Origin: Caulobacterales bacterium RIFCSPHIGHO2_01_FULL_70_19
GTDB lineage: Bacteria; Pseudomonadota; Alphaproteobacteria; Caulobacterales; Caulobacteraceae
NCBI GenBank assembly: GCA_001794825.1
Contig: MGLK01000026.1
Location: 19,619-83,618, forward strand
DNA: 64,000 bases
Direction of reading: 5' to 3'
Part shown: one piece after another, positions 1 to 10,174 of the stretch
Numbering within the stretch: position 1 is the stretch's first letter
Layout: each line of letters starts with the position of its first letter
Notes under the pieces: generated by a model
Databases searched by the model: none
The model's input: the letters and a program-made list of their open reading frames with translations, nothing else
Told to the model about the DNA's origin: nothing
Position numbers and translations under genes: made by a program

Positions 1-118
1 CGGCCAGATGGTCGCGCGGGCCATGGCTCGCCAGCTGGACGGCGCCATCGAACGGGACTGGACGCCGCAGGGGCTGGTCGTCCGGCTGCGGATGAACCGC
101 GAGCGGGTGGCGCAGTAG
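1..118 (+). CDS. 3' end of a CDS that begins upstream of the window (possibly the tail of a sensor-kinase ATPase domain)
   Basis: Open frame from nt 2 to TAG 116-118 translating ...GQMVARAMARQLDGAIERDWTPQGLVVRLRMNRERVAQ*. Only 38 aa are visible, so the family call is weak. Confidence 0.35.
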   Translation, partial: GQMVARAMARQLDGAIERDWTPQGLVVRLRMNRERVAQ

Positions 119-147
119 GGGCTCGGCCGCCGTCCGGCCGCGGCGGC

Positions 148-813
148 TCAACCTGCTTCGATCAGGGCCGCGACACCGGCGTAGTCCTGAACCACATGGT
201 GGGCGCCCGCGGCGTCGAGCCGGTCAGCGTGCCCGTCGCGGATGTGGCCGCCGGCGCACAGGCCGACGACTGTCATCCCCGCCGCCACGCCGGCGCGTAC
301 GCCTGTCGGAGTGTCCTCGATCACGAGAGCGCGGGCGGGATCCACCGCCATCGCGGAGGCGGCATGGAGGAACAGGTCAGGGTGGGGTTTGCCCCGGCCG
401 ACGTGGACGGCGGCGCTGAAAATTGAGCCTCCGAAGGCGGCGGCCACGCCAAAGCGCTCGAGCCCCATCTCGATCCAGCGCACAGGGCTGGATGATGCGA
501 TGCACCGGGACTCCCGCCGCGCCGCCAGGAATTCGACAAATCCCGGTACCGGGTTCAGTTCGACGGCCGCGCGGTCGTGGCAGCGTCGGGTCCATTCGCC
601 GTGAAAGTGCCCGGGGCAGGGGCCGCCCATCCGCCGCTCGATCAGGGGCAGACAGTCGAGCCAGCGTTTGCCCATATAGGTCGAGAGGGCTTCATCGAGG
701 CCGGTCTCGAGACCGCATTCGGTGAGCAGTTCGGCCAGCACGCGATTGTTCAGCAGCTCGCTGTCGGCGACGACGCCGTCATAGTCGAAGATGATCAGGT
801 CGTACCGGCTCAC
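148..813 (-). CDS. HAD-superfamily hydrolase (phosphatase, beta-phosphoglucomutase/phosphoglycolate phosphatase-like)
   Basis: ORF 148..843. HAD motif I 'LIIFDYDGVVADSE'; later motifs 'GRGKPHPDLF' and 'LVIEDTPTGVRAG'. Start placed at GTG 811-813 (GGAG upstream, GTGA overlap with the mazG stop) rather than ATG 843. Confidence 0.85.
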   Translation of the reverse strand: MSRYDLIIFDYDGVVADSELLNNRVLAELLTECGLETGLDEALSTYMGKRWLDCLPLIERRMGGPCPGHFHGEWTRRCHDRAAVELNPVPGFVEFLAARRESRCIASSSPVRWIEMGLERFGVAAAFGGSIFSAAVHVGRGKPHPDLFLHAASAMAVDPARALVIEDTPTGVRAGVAAGMTVVGLCAGGHIRDGHADRLDAAGAHHVVQDYAGVAALIEAG

Positions 814-1595
814 CTCCGCTCCGCCGCCTTGGCCGCGTCCCACAACCCGTCCATCTCGGCGAGATTCGACTGCTCCGGCGTCCGTCCCGTCTTCGCCAGC
901 TCGGCCTCGATGAAGGCGAACCGCCGCACGAACTTGGCGTTCGTCCCCCGCAACGCGTCCTCCGGCTCCACGCCGAGCTTGCGGGCGAGGTTGGCCATGA
1001 CGAACAGGAGGTCGCCGATCTCCTCGCGGGCTTTCTCCACGTCGCCGGCGGCGATCTCGGCGCGCAGCTCGGCGACCTCCTCGACGAACTTGTCGAACAC
1101 CTCGTCTGTCGAGGGCCAGTCGAAGCCGACGCGGGCGGCGCGCTTCGTCAGCTTGGCCGCGCGGGCGAGGGCGGGGAGGCCGACCGGCACGTCGTCCAGC
1201 ACCCCGTGCTGCGCCTTCGCCTTGCGTTCGTCGGCCTTGATGTCCTCCCAGCGCGCCTTCTGGGCCGCGCCGTCGGCCCTGGCCGCCTCGTCGCCGAACA
1301 CGTGCGGATGGCGCCGCTCCAGCTTGTCGGCGATGGCGTTCGCGACGTCGTCGAAGGCGAACAGCCCCTGTTCCTCGGCCATGCGGGCGTGGAAGACGAC
1401 CTGGAACAGCAGGTCGCCCAGTTCGGACTTCAGCTCATCCCAGTCGCCGCGCTCGATGGCGTCGGCGACCTCATAGGCCTCCTCGAGGGTGTAGGGCGCG
1501 ATGGTCTCGAAGGTCTGCTCCACGTCCCACGGGCAGCCGCGCTCGGGGTCGCGCAGGCGGGCCATGATGGCGTTGAGGCGGTCGACGGGGGTCAC
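810..1595 (-). CDS. mazG: Nucleoside triphosphate pyrophosphohydrolase MazG
   Basis: C-terminal 261 aa of track ORF 810..2498: 'RLRDPERGCPWDVEQTFETIAPYTLEEAYEVADAIE' plus a second MazG repeat 'FDWPSTDEVFDKFVEEVAELRAE'. GTG 1593-1595 overlaps the TGA of the upstream MFS gene. The remaining N-terminal part of the track ORF is Arg/Pro-rich read-through. Confidence 0.9.
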   Translation of the reverse strand: MTPVDRLNAIMARLRDPERGCPWDVEQTFETIAPYTLEEAYEVADAIERGDWDELKSELGDLLFQVVFHARMAEEQGLFAFDDVANAIADKLERRHPHVFGDEAARADGAAQKARWEDIKADERKAKAQHGVLDDVPVGLPALARAAKLTKRAARVGFDWPSTDEVFDKFVEEVAELRAEIAAGDVEKAREEIGDLLFVMANLARKLGVEPEDALRGTNAKFVRRFAFIEAELAKTGRTPEQSNLAEMDGLWDAAKAAERR

Positions 1596-2971
1596 TCCAC
1601 GATCCCTCCGGGGCGGGCCTCGAGCGCCCGGCGGATCTCGTCGTGCCGGTCCGGGGTCAGCGGATAGCGGCGCAGCAGCAGGGCGGCGGAGGCGATCAGC
1701 AGGGCCGGGGCGACGATGAACATGACCTGCAGCGCCAGCAGGGAGGCCGGGCTGTTGCCCTCCGGCGGCGGCACGGCCTGGAAGCCGACCCAGCCGAGCA
1801 CGGCGTAGGGGATCAGGGCGAAGACGTGACCCAGCTTGGTGGTCGCCGACAGGATGGAGAACATCAGGGCGGTGCGGTCGACGCCGGTCTCCAGACGGAC
1901 CTCGTCGCCCGCGTCGGCCATCATGGCCCGGAGCAGGAACAGGCCGGCGGCGTAGGGCAGGCCGGCGATGAACATGGCGACCCCGGTCAGCGCGAAGTTG
2001 CCGCCGGGCAGGAGGGTGGCGATCAGGTAGAGGCTGGCGAAGATCAGGCTGGCCACGGCGAGGGCGCGATGCTTGCCGATCTTCGTCGCCAGCCGGGCCC
2101 AGATGGGCGCTCCGGCCAGCCCCCCGACGAAGTAGAGGAGCATGAAGATCGAGGCGGCGGCGCGGTCGTAGCCCTTGATCTGGTCGAAGAAGAAGAACAG
2201 CAGCGCCCCGGTGATGCCGGGCGCCACGCCGAGCACGATGTCGGCGGCCAGCAGCCGGGCGACGGTCGGGCGGCGGACGATGTCCCAGTAGGCTTTCAGA
2301 CCGCCGTGCGGCGCGTCGCCGGCGTTGACCGGCTCGGGCACCGCGGCCAGCGCCAGGCTGATGGTCAGGGGCAGGGCGGCGACGATGGCCCAGCCCATGA
2401 TGTGAACCCCGGCCACGTAGTCGCCCATGCCGCTCTGCACCACGGCGGCGGGCAGGATCAGGATGGCGATGACGCCGAGGATGTTGAACGCCTGCCACCA
2501 GGCGTAGACGCGGCTACGCTGGTCGTATTCGGGGGCCAGCACCGAGGCCCAGCCCAGCTGGCTCAGCGTGCCGACCGAGAAGCCGAGGTAGAGCACCAGC
2601 AGCCAGGTGAACAGATAGAGCGGCCCGGCCCCCGGCTTGACCATGACGAAGATCATCAGGGCGGCCAGCATCAGCACCGGCGCGGAGGCGGCCATCCACG
2701 GCCGGTAGCGGCCGAAGCGGGTGCGGGTCCGGTCCATGGCCGCCCCGATGATCGGATCGGCGGCGATGTCGATGGCTCGAACCGCCATGAAGACGTAGCC
2801 GACCATGGCGATGTCGATGCCGACATGGCTGGCGTAGTACTCCGGAAGGGTCACCGGCAGGGCCACGCCGAAGGCCGCCAGCGGCAGGCAGACGGTTGAG
2901 AAGGCGGCGAGAATGGCGTTCGAACGACGCGTCGCCGGAGCGGCGGGGCTCGGGGCGGGGGCAGCGGTCAT
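1592..2971 (-). CDS. MFS transporter, glycoside-pentoside-hexuronide (GPH)-like cation symporter family
   Basis: 459 aa from ATG 2969-2971 ('MTAAPAPS...'). Multi-TM hydrophobic profile and MFS loop signature 'DRTRTRFGRYRPWM'. The upstream 328 aa of track ORF 1592..3955 run antisense to the M15 peptidase gene. Confidence 0.85.
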   Translation of the reverse strand: MTAAPAPSPAAPATRRSNAILAAFSTVCLPLAAFGVALPVTLPEYYASHVGIDIAMVGYVFMAVRAIDIAADPIIGAAMDRTRTRFGRYRPWMAASAPVLMLAALMIFVMVKPGAGPLYLFTWLLVLYLGFSVGTLSQLGWASVLAPEYDQRSRVYAWWQAFNILGVIAILILPAAVVQSGMGDYVAGVHIMGWAIVAALPLTISLALAAVPEPVNAGDAPHGGLKAYWDIVRRPTVARLLAADIVLGVAPGITGALLFFFFDQIKGYDRAAASIFMLLYFVGGLAGAPIWARLATKIGKHRALAVASLIFASLYLIATLLPGGNFALTGVAMFIAGLPYAAGLFLLRAMMADAGDEVRLETGVDRTALMFSILSATTKLGHVFALIPYAVLGWVGFQAVPPPEGNSPASLLALQVMFIVAPALLIASAALLLRRYPLTPDRHDEIRRALEARPGGIVE

Positions 2972-3094
2972 GGAAGGGTCCGCGGAACGGCGCTGAGTCG
3001 GCCGCGGCGCCAGCATGCCAGCTTTCGCCCTGGCTGCTCCATCCCCGCGCGAAGGCTCTTGCCGGGGCGGGCCGGGCGGAGGCACCCTGCGGAC

Positions 3095-3976
3095 ATGTGG
3101 ACCGGCCGCCGCCTGCTGTCGCTGATCGGGGCCGCCCTGTTTCTGGGCGGGGCGTCCGCGGCGCATGCGGAGACGGGCCCCTGCGACGCCGACGCCGTGG
3201 AGTGGGCCGCTCCGGCCATGGTGAACGCCGTTTCGGTCCACGCCATGGAGTGGACGCCGTTCGGCCCGGCCGAGCGGGGCTGGGAGGCCTACGTCCCGTT
3301 GATCCAGCAGGAGCTGGGGACGGACTGCCCGCCGAACTCCCCGGTCTTCGCCCGCGCGATGGCCGCCTTCCAGACGCGCTACGGCCTGCCTGCGACGGGC
3401 TGGTTCGATCCCGCAGCCTTCCAGGTGTTCCGCGGCGTCTGGCAGGAGCGCCGGCCCTTCATCATGGCCCGGGTGCGCGAGGAGCCGTGCCCGGAGCCGC
3501 CGCCGCTCAACCAGCTCGGCTACCTGGTGGCCGAGGAGGAGCACGCTGACCGGCTGACGCGGCTTCTGCGCCGCGACGTGCTGGACGCCTACCGCCGCAT
3601 GGTCGCCGCCGCCCGGGCCGAGGTGCCCGAGATCGCGGCCGATCCCGAGCTGCTGCAGATCTTCTCCGGGTTCCGCGATCCGGAGGCTGACGCCGCCCGC
3701 TGCACCGAACAGGGCAACTGCGACGGACTCCGCCGCGCCGTGTGCTCGCCGCACCGCACAGGCGCCGCGGTCGATCTCTATGTCGGGCATGTCCCGGGGC
3801 TTGGCGTCGACGACACCTCGCCGGGGAGCCGTCTGCACATGACCCGGGGTCCGGTCTATCGCTGGCTGGTGAGGAACGCCGGCCGCTTCGGATTCACCCC
3901 GTACGTCTACGAGCCCTGGCACTGGGAGTGGACGGGCGAGCCCGGCGGCTATCACGTCGCCGCCACGGGGCCGTGA
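3095..3976 (+). CDS. Secreted M15-family (VanY-like) D-alanyl-D-alanine carboxypeptidase with peptidoglycan-binding-like segment
   Basis: Signal peptide 'MWTGRRLLSLIGAALFLGGASAAHA'. PG-binding-like 'FQTRYGLPATGWFD'. VanY zinc motifs 'SPHRTGAAVDL' and 'EPWHWEW'. Confidence 0.8.
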   Translation: MWTGRRLLSLIGAALFLGGASAAHAETGPCDADAVEWAAPAMVNAVSVHAMEWTPFGPAERGWEAYVPLIQQELGTDCPPNSPVFARAMAAFQTRYGLPATGWFDPAAFQVFRGVWQERRPFIMARVREEPCPEPPPLNQLGYLVAEEEHADRLTRLLRRDVLDAYRRMVAAARAEVPEIAADPELLQIFSGFRDPEADAARCTEQGNCDGLRRAVCSPHRTGAAVDLYVGHVPGLGVDDTSPGSRLHMTRGPVYRWLVRNAGRFGFTPYVYEPWHWEWTGEPGGYHVAATGP

Positions 3977-4431
3977 TCCGCCGCCTCACGCCCGCCGAAA
4001 TCGCCCTCGCGCGCGAGGCCTTCGGCGAGACCCTGCGCTACGAGCTGATCCGCATCCTGGCTGCGCCGTGGCCGCTGACGCGCGCCTTCGTGCCGGGGCG
4101 CTGGTTCGGGCGGGACTGGATCGTCTGGCCGGCGCGAAGCCTACCGGGCGACATCGCCGGCGCGGCGCTGGGTTTGCAGGCGACCTTCATCCACGAGCTC
4201 ACCCACGTCTGGCAGGCGACAAACGGCGTCAACCTTCTCACCGGCAAGCTCCGGGCCGGCGACCGCCCCGAGGCCTACCGTTACCCGCTCGGCATGGACT
4301 GCGCCTGGGAAGGGCTGAACATCGAGCAGCAGGCCATGGTGGTCGAACACCGCTTCCGGCTGGCTCGCGGCCAGAAGGTTCCCGCGGACCAGGCCTTCTA
4401 CGACCGGGTCTGCCCGATCAACCGGGCCTGA
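3973..4431 (+). CDS. Hypothetical protein with HExxH motif (putative metallopeptidase-like)
   Basis: GTG 3973-3975 overlaps the TGA of the M15 gene (GTGA). 'FIHELTHVWQ' HExxH motif. In frame with track ORF 3742..4431. Confidence 0.6.
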   Translation: MIRRLTPAEIALAREAFGETLRYELIRILAAPWPLTRAFVPGRWFGRDWIVWPARSLPGDIAGAALGLQATFIHELTHVWQATNGVNLLTGKLRAGDRPEAYRYPLGMDCAWEGLNIEQQAMVVEHRFRLARGQKVPADQAFYDRVCPINRA

Positions 4432-4548
4432 AGTCGGAACCGTCCCGGACCCGACCGATTGTCTCCGCGGGGCCCCTTGCATTCGGCGAGCGGCATCCAA
4501 AATAGACACCGACGCAGTTACAATATGCGTCCAGCATCGGAGCAGGAC

Positions 4549-5151
4549 ATGACGCGCGTACTCGTTCTCTATCATTCCACCTACGGCCACGTGGAGCGGA
4601 TGGCGCAAGCCGTCGCCGAAGGGGCGCAGTCGGTGGAGGGCGTCGAGGTCGACATCAAGCGGGTCCCCGAGCTCGTTCCCGAGGAGCTGGCGCGCAAGAG
4701 CGGCTACAAGCTGGACCAGGCCGCGCCGATCGCCGAGGTCGGCGATCTGGCGAACTACGACGCCATCATCGTCGGCGCGGGCACCCGCTACGGCACCGCG
4801 GCCTCGCAGATGCGCAACTTCCTCGACCAGACCGGCGGCCTCTGGGCCAAGGGGGCGCTGGTCGGCAAGGTCGGCTCGGCCTTCACCTCGACCGCGACCC
4901 AGCATGGCGGTCAGGAGGTCACCCTGATCGGCCTGATCCAGACCCTGCTGCACCACGGCATGGTCGTCGCCGGTCTGCCGTACGCCTGGGCCGGGCAGTC
5001 GCGCATGGACGAGATCACCGGCGGGAGTCCCTACGGGGCCACCACCATCACCGGCGGCGACGGGTCGCGCATGCCCAGCGACAACGAGCTGGAAGGCGCC
5101 CGCTGGCAGGGTCGCTGGGTCGCCGAGACCGCGAGAAAGCTGAGGGCGTAG
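4549..5151 (+). CDS. wrbA: NAD(P)H:quinone oxidoreductase WrbA (flavodoxin-like)
   Basis: '[25 protein letters not shown]', '[11 protein letters not shown]', 'GGSPYGATT'. ATG at 4549. Confidence 0.92.
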   Translation: MTRVLVLYHSTYGHVERMAQAVAEGAQSVEGVEVDIKRVPELVPEELARKSGYKLDQAAPIAEVGDLANYDAIIVGAGTRYGTAASQMRNFLDQTGGLWAKGALVGKVGSAFTSTATQHGGQEVTLIGLIQTLLHHGMVVAGLPYAWAGQSRMDEITGGSPYGATTITGGDGSRMPSDNELEGARWQGRWVAETARKLRA

Positions 5152-5906
5152 TGCGGCAGCCGGCGATCTTCTTCGGCCACGGCTCGCCCATGAACGCCCT
5201 GGGCGGGCCCTTCGCCGACGGCTGGCGCGCCTTGGGCGCGGCCGTCGGCAAGCCGAAAGGCGTGGTCATGGTTTCCGCCCACTGGGAGACGGTCGGCCTC
5301 GCCGTCACGGCGCAGGAAAATCCGGAAACCCTCCATGATTTCGGCGGCTTTCCGGCCGAACTGCATGCGATGCAATACAGTGCGCCGGGGTCGCCGGAGC
5401 TCGCCGCCCGCGTCGCCGCCCTGACCGGCGCGGCCCCCACGGCGCAGTGGGGCCTGGATCACGGGACCTGGTCGGTGCTGGTCCACGTCTGGCCCGAGGC
5501 GGACGTGCCGGTCGTGCAGCTGTCGCTGGACCGGCGGCTGACCCCGCGCCAGCATTTCGACCTCGCCCGGCGCCTGCAGCCGTTGCGGGAGGAGGGGGTG
5601 ATCGTCGCCGGTTCGGGCGATTTCGTGCACAACCTGCGCACCTGGAAACGGGATGGGGGCGAGCCCTACGGCTGGGCGACCGGCTTCAACGAAGCTGTGA
5701 AGTCGGCGCTGGTCCGCGGCGACGACGCCGCCCTCGTCGACTGGGTCGGATTGGCCGAGGACGCCCAGCTCAGCGTGCCGACCGACGAACACTTCCTGCC
5801 GTTGCTCTACGTCGCCGCCCAGCGCCGGCCGGACGACGAGGTCGCCTTCTTCAACGACGTCATCGACGGCGGCTCCATCTCGATGACCGGCGTGCGGATC
5901 GGCTGA
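5151..5906 (+). CDS. Class III extradiol ring-cleavage dioxygenase (4,5-DOPA dioxygenase YgiD-like, LigB family)
   Basis: 'IFFGHGSPMNAL', 'VSAHWE', 'HDFGGFP', 'GSGDFVHNL'. GTG start overlaps the wrbA stop. Confidence 0.88.
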   Translation: MRQPAIFFGHGSPMNALGGPFADGWRALGAAVGKPKGVVMVSAHWETVGLAVTAQENPETLHDFGGFPAELHAMQYSAPGSPELAARVAALTGAAPTAQWGLDHGTWSVLVHVWPEADVPVVQLSLDRRLTPRQHFDLARRLQPLREEGVIVAGSGDFVHNLRTWKRDGGEPYGWATGFNEAVKSALVRGDDAALVDWVGLAEDAQLSVPTDEHFLPLLYVAAQRRPDDEVAFFNDVIDGGSISMTGVRIG

Positions 5907-5912
5907 AGCCGC

Positions 5913-7466
5913 TCAGGCCGCCTTGTCCATCTCCACCATCTGCTGGATGGCGACGTAGTCGGTCTTGCCGGTGCCCAGCACCGGCACCTCGCCGACGCGG
6001 ACGATCTTCTTCGGCACCGCCAGCTCCGGCGCGCCGTGCTCGCGGGCCCACTCGGCCAGCCGCGCCACCTCGGCGTCGCCGCGGTCGGTGACCAGCACCA
6101 GCTTCTCGCCCTTGCGGCTGTCGGCGACGGCGACCACAGCGTGGCGGGCGTCGGGCCAGACGGCGCTGGCCAGTCCCTCGACTGCGGTCAGCGACACCAT
6201 CTCGCCGCCGATCTTGGCGAAGCGCTTGGCCCGCCCGAGGATGCAGACGTAGCCCTCCTCGTCGACCGAGACGATGTCGCCGGTGTCGTGCCACCCGTCC
6301 TTGAGCGGTTCGATTTCATCGGGATCGTCAGACGACAGATAGCCCTTCATCACATTGGGCCCACGCAGGTAGAGCCGGCCGCCCTCGTCGATGCCGTCGA
6401 CCGGATCGAGCCGCCATTCCATGCCCGGCAGCATCTGGCCGACGGTGCCCGGACGATTGCGATCGGGATGGTTGACCGCCACCACCGGCGCGGCCTCGGT
6501 GGCGCCGTAGCCCTCCAGCAGCTTGAGTCCGTGGAAGCGGGTGTTGAACAGGTGGTGGGTCTCCTCGCGCACGCGCTCGGCGCCGGCGACCACGAACTCC
6601 AGCGTCGAGAAGTCGTCAGGCCCGGCCACGCGGGCGTACTGGTTCAGGAAGGTGTCGGTGGCGAACAGGATCGACGCCTTCACCTGCGGCAGCAGTTCGA
6701 CGATCTGCCTGGCGTGCAGCGGCGACGGATACTGGAACGCCTTCATCCCCTGCAGCAGGGGCAGCAGCACGCCGCCGGTCAGGCCGAAGCAGTGGAACGT
6801 CGGCAGCGGGTTGAACATCACCCATTCGGGCTTGAGGTCGATGTGTTGGGCCACCTGGCGGCAGTTGGCCACGAGGTTTGTCTGGCTGAGCACCACGCCC
6901 TTGGGCGCGCCGAAGCTGCCGGAGGTGAAGAGGATGACGCCCGGCGACGACGGCTCGGTCTTCACCCGGAAACGTTTCGGCATCATCCCGGCCATAAGAC
7001 CGTAGAGCTTGTCCGGCAGCCCGATCGAGGCGCGAACGTCGTCCAGCCAGACGACCTCGGCGACGCTCCCGATCTGTTCGATCAGCTCTTCCAGCTTCGC
7101 CTGCTGGATGAAGCGTCGGGCCGTCAGGATCTTCTTCACCCCGGCCGCGGCGATCGCCGCCTTGATGTTCCGCTCGCCGGCCGTGAAGTTGATCATCACC
7201 GGCACGCGCCCGTGGGCGTGCAGGCCGTAGAAGGTGACCACCACTCCCATGCTGGACGGCAGCAGGATGCCGACGCGCTCCGCCGGCGCGGTCATGGCCG
7301 CGACCTTGCGTCCCAGCACGAAGGCGGCGCGGATCAGGCCCGTGTAGGTGAGGGGCTTGCGATCCTGGTCCTCCAGGATCTCCTTGTCGCCATAGGTGTC
7401 GCGCGCGGCGATCAGGGCGTCGAAGATGGTCTCCTCGCCGGCCTTGGGGTCCAGGGGTACGCGCAA
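5913..7466 (-). CDS. AMP-binding enzyme (acyl-CoA / acyl-ACP synthetase family, Aas-like)
   Basis: Adenylation core motifs 'LFTSGSFGAPKGVVLS', 'EGYGATE', 'WHDTGDIV', 'RAKRFAKIGGEMVS'. Confidence 0.88.
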   Translation of the reverse strand: MRVPLDPKAGEETIFDALIAARDTYGDKEILEDQDRKPLTYTGLIRAAFVLGRKVAAMTAPAERVGILLPSSMGVVVTFYGLHAHGRVPVMINFTAGERNIKAAIAAAGVKKILTARRFIQQAKLEELIEQIGSVAEVVWLDDVRASIGLPDKLYGLMAGMMPKRFRVKTEPSSPGVILFTSGSFGAPKGVVLSQTNLVANCRQVAQHIDLKPEWVMFNPLPTFHCFGLTGGVLLPLLQGMKAFQYPSPLHARQIVELLPQVKASILFATDTFLNQYARVAGPDDFSTLEFVVAGAERVREETHHLFNTRFHGLKLLEGYGATEAAPVVAVNHPDRNRPGTVGQMLPGMEWRLDPVDGIDEGGRLYLRGPNVMKGYLSSDDPDEIEPLKDGWHDTGDIVSVDEEGYVCILGRAKRFAKIGGEMVSLTAVEGLASAVWPDARHAVVAVADSRKGEKLVLVTDRGDAEVARLAEWAREHGAPELAVPKKIVRVGEVPVLGTGKTDYVAIQQMVEMDKAA

Positions 7467-7639
7467 ACCTTCATCCTCCGTGCCGGCGCGTTGGCCGCGC
7501 CTGTGCTTGGCGCGGCAAACTAGTGCGGGGGCGGGGCGTTGAAAAGATACGTTACCTTGCGTGAGGCGCCGCGCCGCCTTGCCTTGGCCCCGCGGAAGGA
7601 CGACATAGCCGGTTTCCGCCCCCGGAGCGCGAGTTCGCC

Positions 7640-8602
7640 TTGGTCACCCTGATCGACGCCCTGAAGAAGACGCCCGCCGAACTGCGTCACCCGGAGAAGC
7701 AGAACCGGCCGGAGACGGCGGTGCTGAAGAAGCCCGACTGGCTGCGGGTCAAGGCCCCGGGATCGGGCCAGTACAACGCCACCCGCTCGATCGTGAAGGA
7801 GAAGGGCCTTCACACCGTCTGCGAGGAGGCGGCCTGCCCGAACATCGGCGAGTGCTGGAGCCAGAAGCACGCCACCCTGATGATCATGGGCGACACCTGC
7901 ACGCGGGCCTGCGCCTTCTGCAACGTCAAGACCGGCCTGCCCGACGCGCTGGATCCCGAGGAGCCGGTCAAGGTCGGCCTGGCCGTGCAGCAGATGGGGC
8001 TCAACCACGTGGTCATCACCAGCGTGGACCGTGACGACCTGTCCGACGGGGGCGCCGCCCACTTCGCCGAGGTGGTCCGCCAGATCCGCCTGCAGGCGCC
8101 GGCCACCACGGTCGAGATCCTGACCCCCGACTTCCTGCGCAAGGACGGCGCGGCCGAGGTGATGATCGACGCGCGGCCCGACGTCTTCAACCACAACCTC
8201 GAGACCGTCCCGCGGCTCTACCTGAAGATCCGGCCCGGCGCCCGCTACTTCCACAGCCTCCGCCTGCTGCAGATGGTCAAGGAGCGCGACCCCAACCAGT
8301 TCACCAAGTCCGGCATCATGGTCGGCCTCGGCGAGACCAAGGAGGAGGTCATGCAGGTGATGGACGACATGCGCTCCGCCGGCGTCGACTTCATCACCAT
8401 CGGCCAGTACCTGCAGCCGACCCGCAAGCATGCCGCCATCGAGCGCTTCGTGACGCCCGAGGAGTTCAAGGCCTACGAGGCGATCGCGCGCGCCAAGGGC
8501 TTCCTGATGGTGTCGGCCTCGCCCCTGACCCGCAGTTCCCATCACGCCGGCGAGGACTTCGCCCGGCTGAAGGCGGCGCGGCTGGCGCAGACGGGCCGCT
8601 GA
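7640..8602 (+). CDS. lipA: Lipoyl synthase
   Basis: Radical-SAM and auxiliary clusters '[13 protein letters not shown]' and '[10 protein letters not shown]'. Start codon (TTG 7640) uncertain. Confidence 0.95.
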   Translation: MVTLIDALKKTPAELRHPEKQNRPETAVLKKPDWLRVKAPGSGQYNATRSIVKEKGLHTVCEEAACPNIGECWSQKHATLMIMGDTCTRACAFCNVKTGLPDALDPEEPVKVGLAVQQMGLNHVVITSVDRDDLSDGGAAHFAEVVRQIRLQAPATTVEILTPDFLRKDGAAEVMIDARPDVFNHNLETVPRLYLKIRPGARYFHSLRLLQMVKERDPNQFTKSGIMVGLGETKEEVMQVMDDMRSAGVDFITIGQYLQPTRKHAAIERFVTPEEFKAYEAIARAKGFLMVSASPLTRSSHHAGEDFARLKAARLAQTGR

Positions 8603-8609
8603 TCCCGTC

Positions 8610-9065
8610 TTGGCCGTCCACCGCGTCACCAGGATCCTGCCGTACCAGCCCGACCAGCTCGCCGATCTGGTCGCGGACGTGCGCGCCTATCCGGACTTCG
8701 TGCCCTGGGTGACCTCGATGCGCACCTGGAACCGGCGCGAGGAGCGGCCCGGCGTCTGCGTCGAGGACGCCGAGGCCGGGGTGGGCTTCTCCTTCCTGAC
8801 GGAGCGGTTCTCGACCTGGGTGCGGCATGACCGGAACAGGCCGCTGGTCGAGGTCGGCCTGCTGCGCGGGCCCTTTCACCACCTGAAGAACCGCTGGGAG
8901 TTCTTCCCCCATCCGGAAGGGACGCGCGTCGAGTTCTTCATCGACTTCGCCTTCAGGTCCCGACTGCTCGACATGATGCTGCAGGCCAATTTCGACCGCG
9001 CCGTCGGCAAGCTGATGCACTGCTTCGAGGCGCGGGCGGACGCGCTGTACGGCAAGAAGGCGTGA
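8610..9065 (+). CDS. SRPBCC-family protein (RatA / COQ10-like polyketide cyclase-dehydrase fold)
   Basis: 'YQPDQLADLVADVRAYPDFVPWV' and 'LKNRWEFFP', typical of RatA/Coq10. Sits downstream of lipA, as in many alphaproteobacteria. Confidence 0.8.
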   Translation: MAVHRVTRILPYQPDQLADLVADVRAYPDFVPWVTSMRTWNRREERPGVCVEDAEAGVGFSFLTERFSTWVRHDRNRPLVEVGLLRGPFHHLKNRWEFFPHPEGTRVEFFIDFAFRSRLLDMMLQANFDRAVGKLMHCFEARADALYGKKA

Positions 9066-10174
9066 GCTTCGACTTCGACGCCGTGGTGGTGGGGGCCGGG
9101 GCCGTCGGCCTCGCCTGCGGCCGCGCCCTCTCGGGTCGCGGCCTTTCGGTGCTGGTGCTGGAGAGGGAGCCGGCCATCGGCCAGGGCGTCTCCTCGCGCA
9201 ACAGCGAGGTGATCCACGGCGGCCTCTACTATCCGACGGGCTCGCTGAAGGCGCGGTTCTGCGTGCAGGGGCGGCGCGCGCTCTACGCCTTCCTCGACAG
9301 CCGCAAGGTCGACTACCGCCGCTGCGGCAAGCTGGTCGTCGCGACCGAGGCGGCCGAAGCCCCGCGCATAGAGGCCATCTTCGAGCAGGCGACGACCAAC
9401 GGCGTCGAGGGACTGGCGCACCTCACGGGCGCGCAGGCCCGGGCGCTGGAGCCGGAACTCAACGTCCATTCCGCCATCCTCTCGCCGGAGAGCGGCGTCT
9501 TCGACAGTCACGGCTACATGCTGGCCCTGCAGGGCGAGATCGAGGACGCCGGGGGATCGGTCGTGGTCTCGACCCCGTTCGAGCGGGCCGAGCCGCTGCC
9601 GGGGGGCGGCTTCCGCATCACGGCGGGCGGAGAGGGCGGGGCGGTCCTGACCTGCCGGCTGCTGGTGGCCGCCGCGGGTTTGCAGGCGCAGGACGTCGCC
9701 GCCCGCATTGACGGCTACCCGCCCGATCGCATCCCGGCCGGGTGTTTCGGCAAGGGCGTCTACTTCCGGCTGGCGGGCAAGGCGCCGTTCGAGCGTCTGG
9801 TCTATCCGCCGCCGATTCCCGGCGCGCTCGGCACCCACTATCGCAAGGACCTTGGCGGCCAGGCGGTGTTCGGGCCGGACCTCGCGTACGTCGACGCCGA
9901 GGACTACTCGGTCGATCCGTCGCGAGCGGCCGAGTTCGAGCGCACCATCCGCCGCTTCTGGCCCGCCCTGCCGGACGGCGCGCTGACGCCCGACTACGCC
10001 GGGATCCGCCCCAAGCTGCACGGCCCGGGCGAGCCGCAGCCGGATTTCCAGCTGCGGGGCCGCGACGATCATGGAATCGACGGGCTGGTCGCCCTGTTCG
10101 GCATCGAGAGTCCGGGCCTGACCAGCTCGCTGGCCATCGGCGAAGCGGCGGCCGGGATGCTGGCCGATGACTGA
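9062..10174 (+). CDS. FAD-dependent oxidoreductase (L-2-hydroxyglutarate oxidase LhgO-like)
   Basis: Rossmann 'VVVGAGAVGLACGRAL', 'SSRNSEVIHGGLYY'. GTG 9062 overlaps the upstream TGA. Confidence 0.85.
   Translation: MSFDFDAVVVGAGAVGLACGRALSGRGLSVLVLEREPAIGQGVSSRNSEVIHGGLYYPTGSLKARFCVQGRRALYAFLDSRKVDYRRCGKLVVATEAAEAPRIEAIFEQATTNGVEGLAHLTGAQARALEPELNVHSAILSPESGVFDSHGYMLALQGEIEDAGGSVVVSTPFERAEPLPGGGFRITAGGEGGAVLTCRLLVAAAGLQAQDVAARIDGYPPDRIPAGCFGKGVYFRLAGKAPFERLVYPPPIPGALGTHYRKDLGGQAVFGPDLAYVDAEDYSVDPSRAAEFERTIRRFWPALPDGALTPDYAGIRPKLHGPGEPQPDFQLRGRDDHGIDGLVALFGIESPGLTSSLAIGEAAAGMLADD

Noticed and set aside
1596-2498. N-terminal extensions of track ORFs: 810..2498, 1592..3955, 21991..22995, 31202..33928, 41788..42783, 3742..4431, 17491..19014 and 49841..51256.
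   Set aside because: The upstream parts are Arg/Pro/Gly-rich and overlap neighbouring real genes. Plausible internal starts, often overlapping the previous stop codon, give proteins of normal family length.
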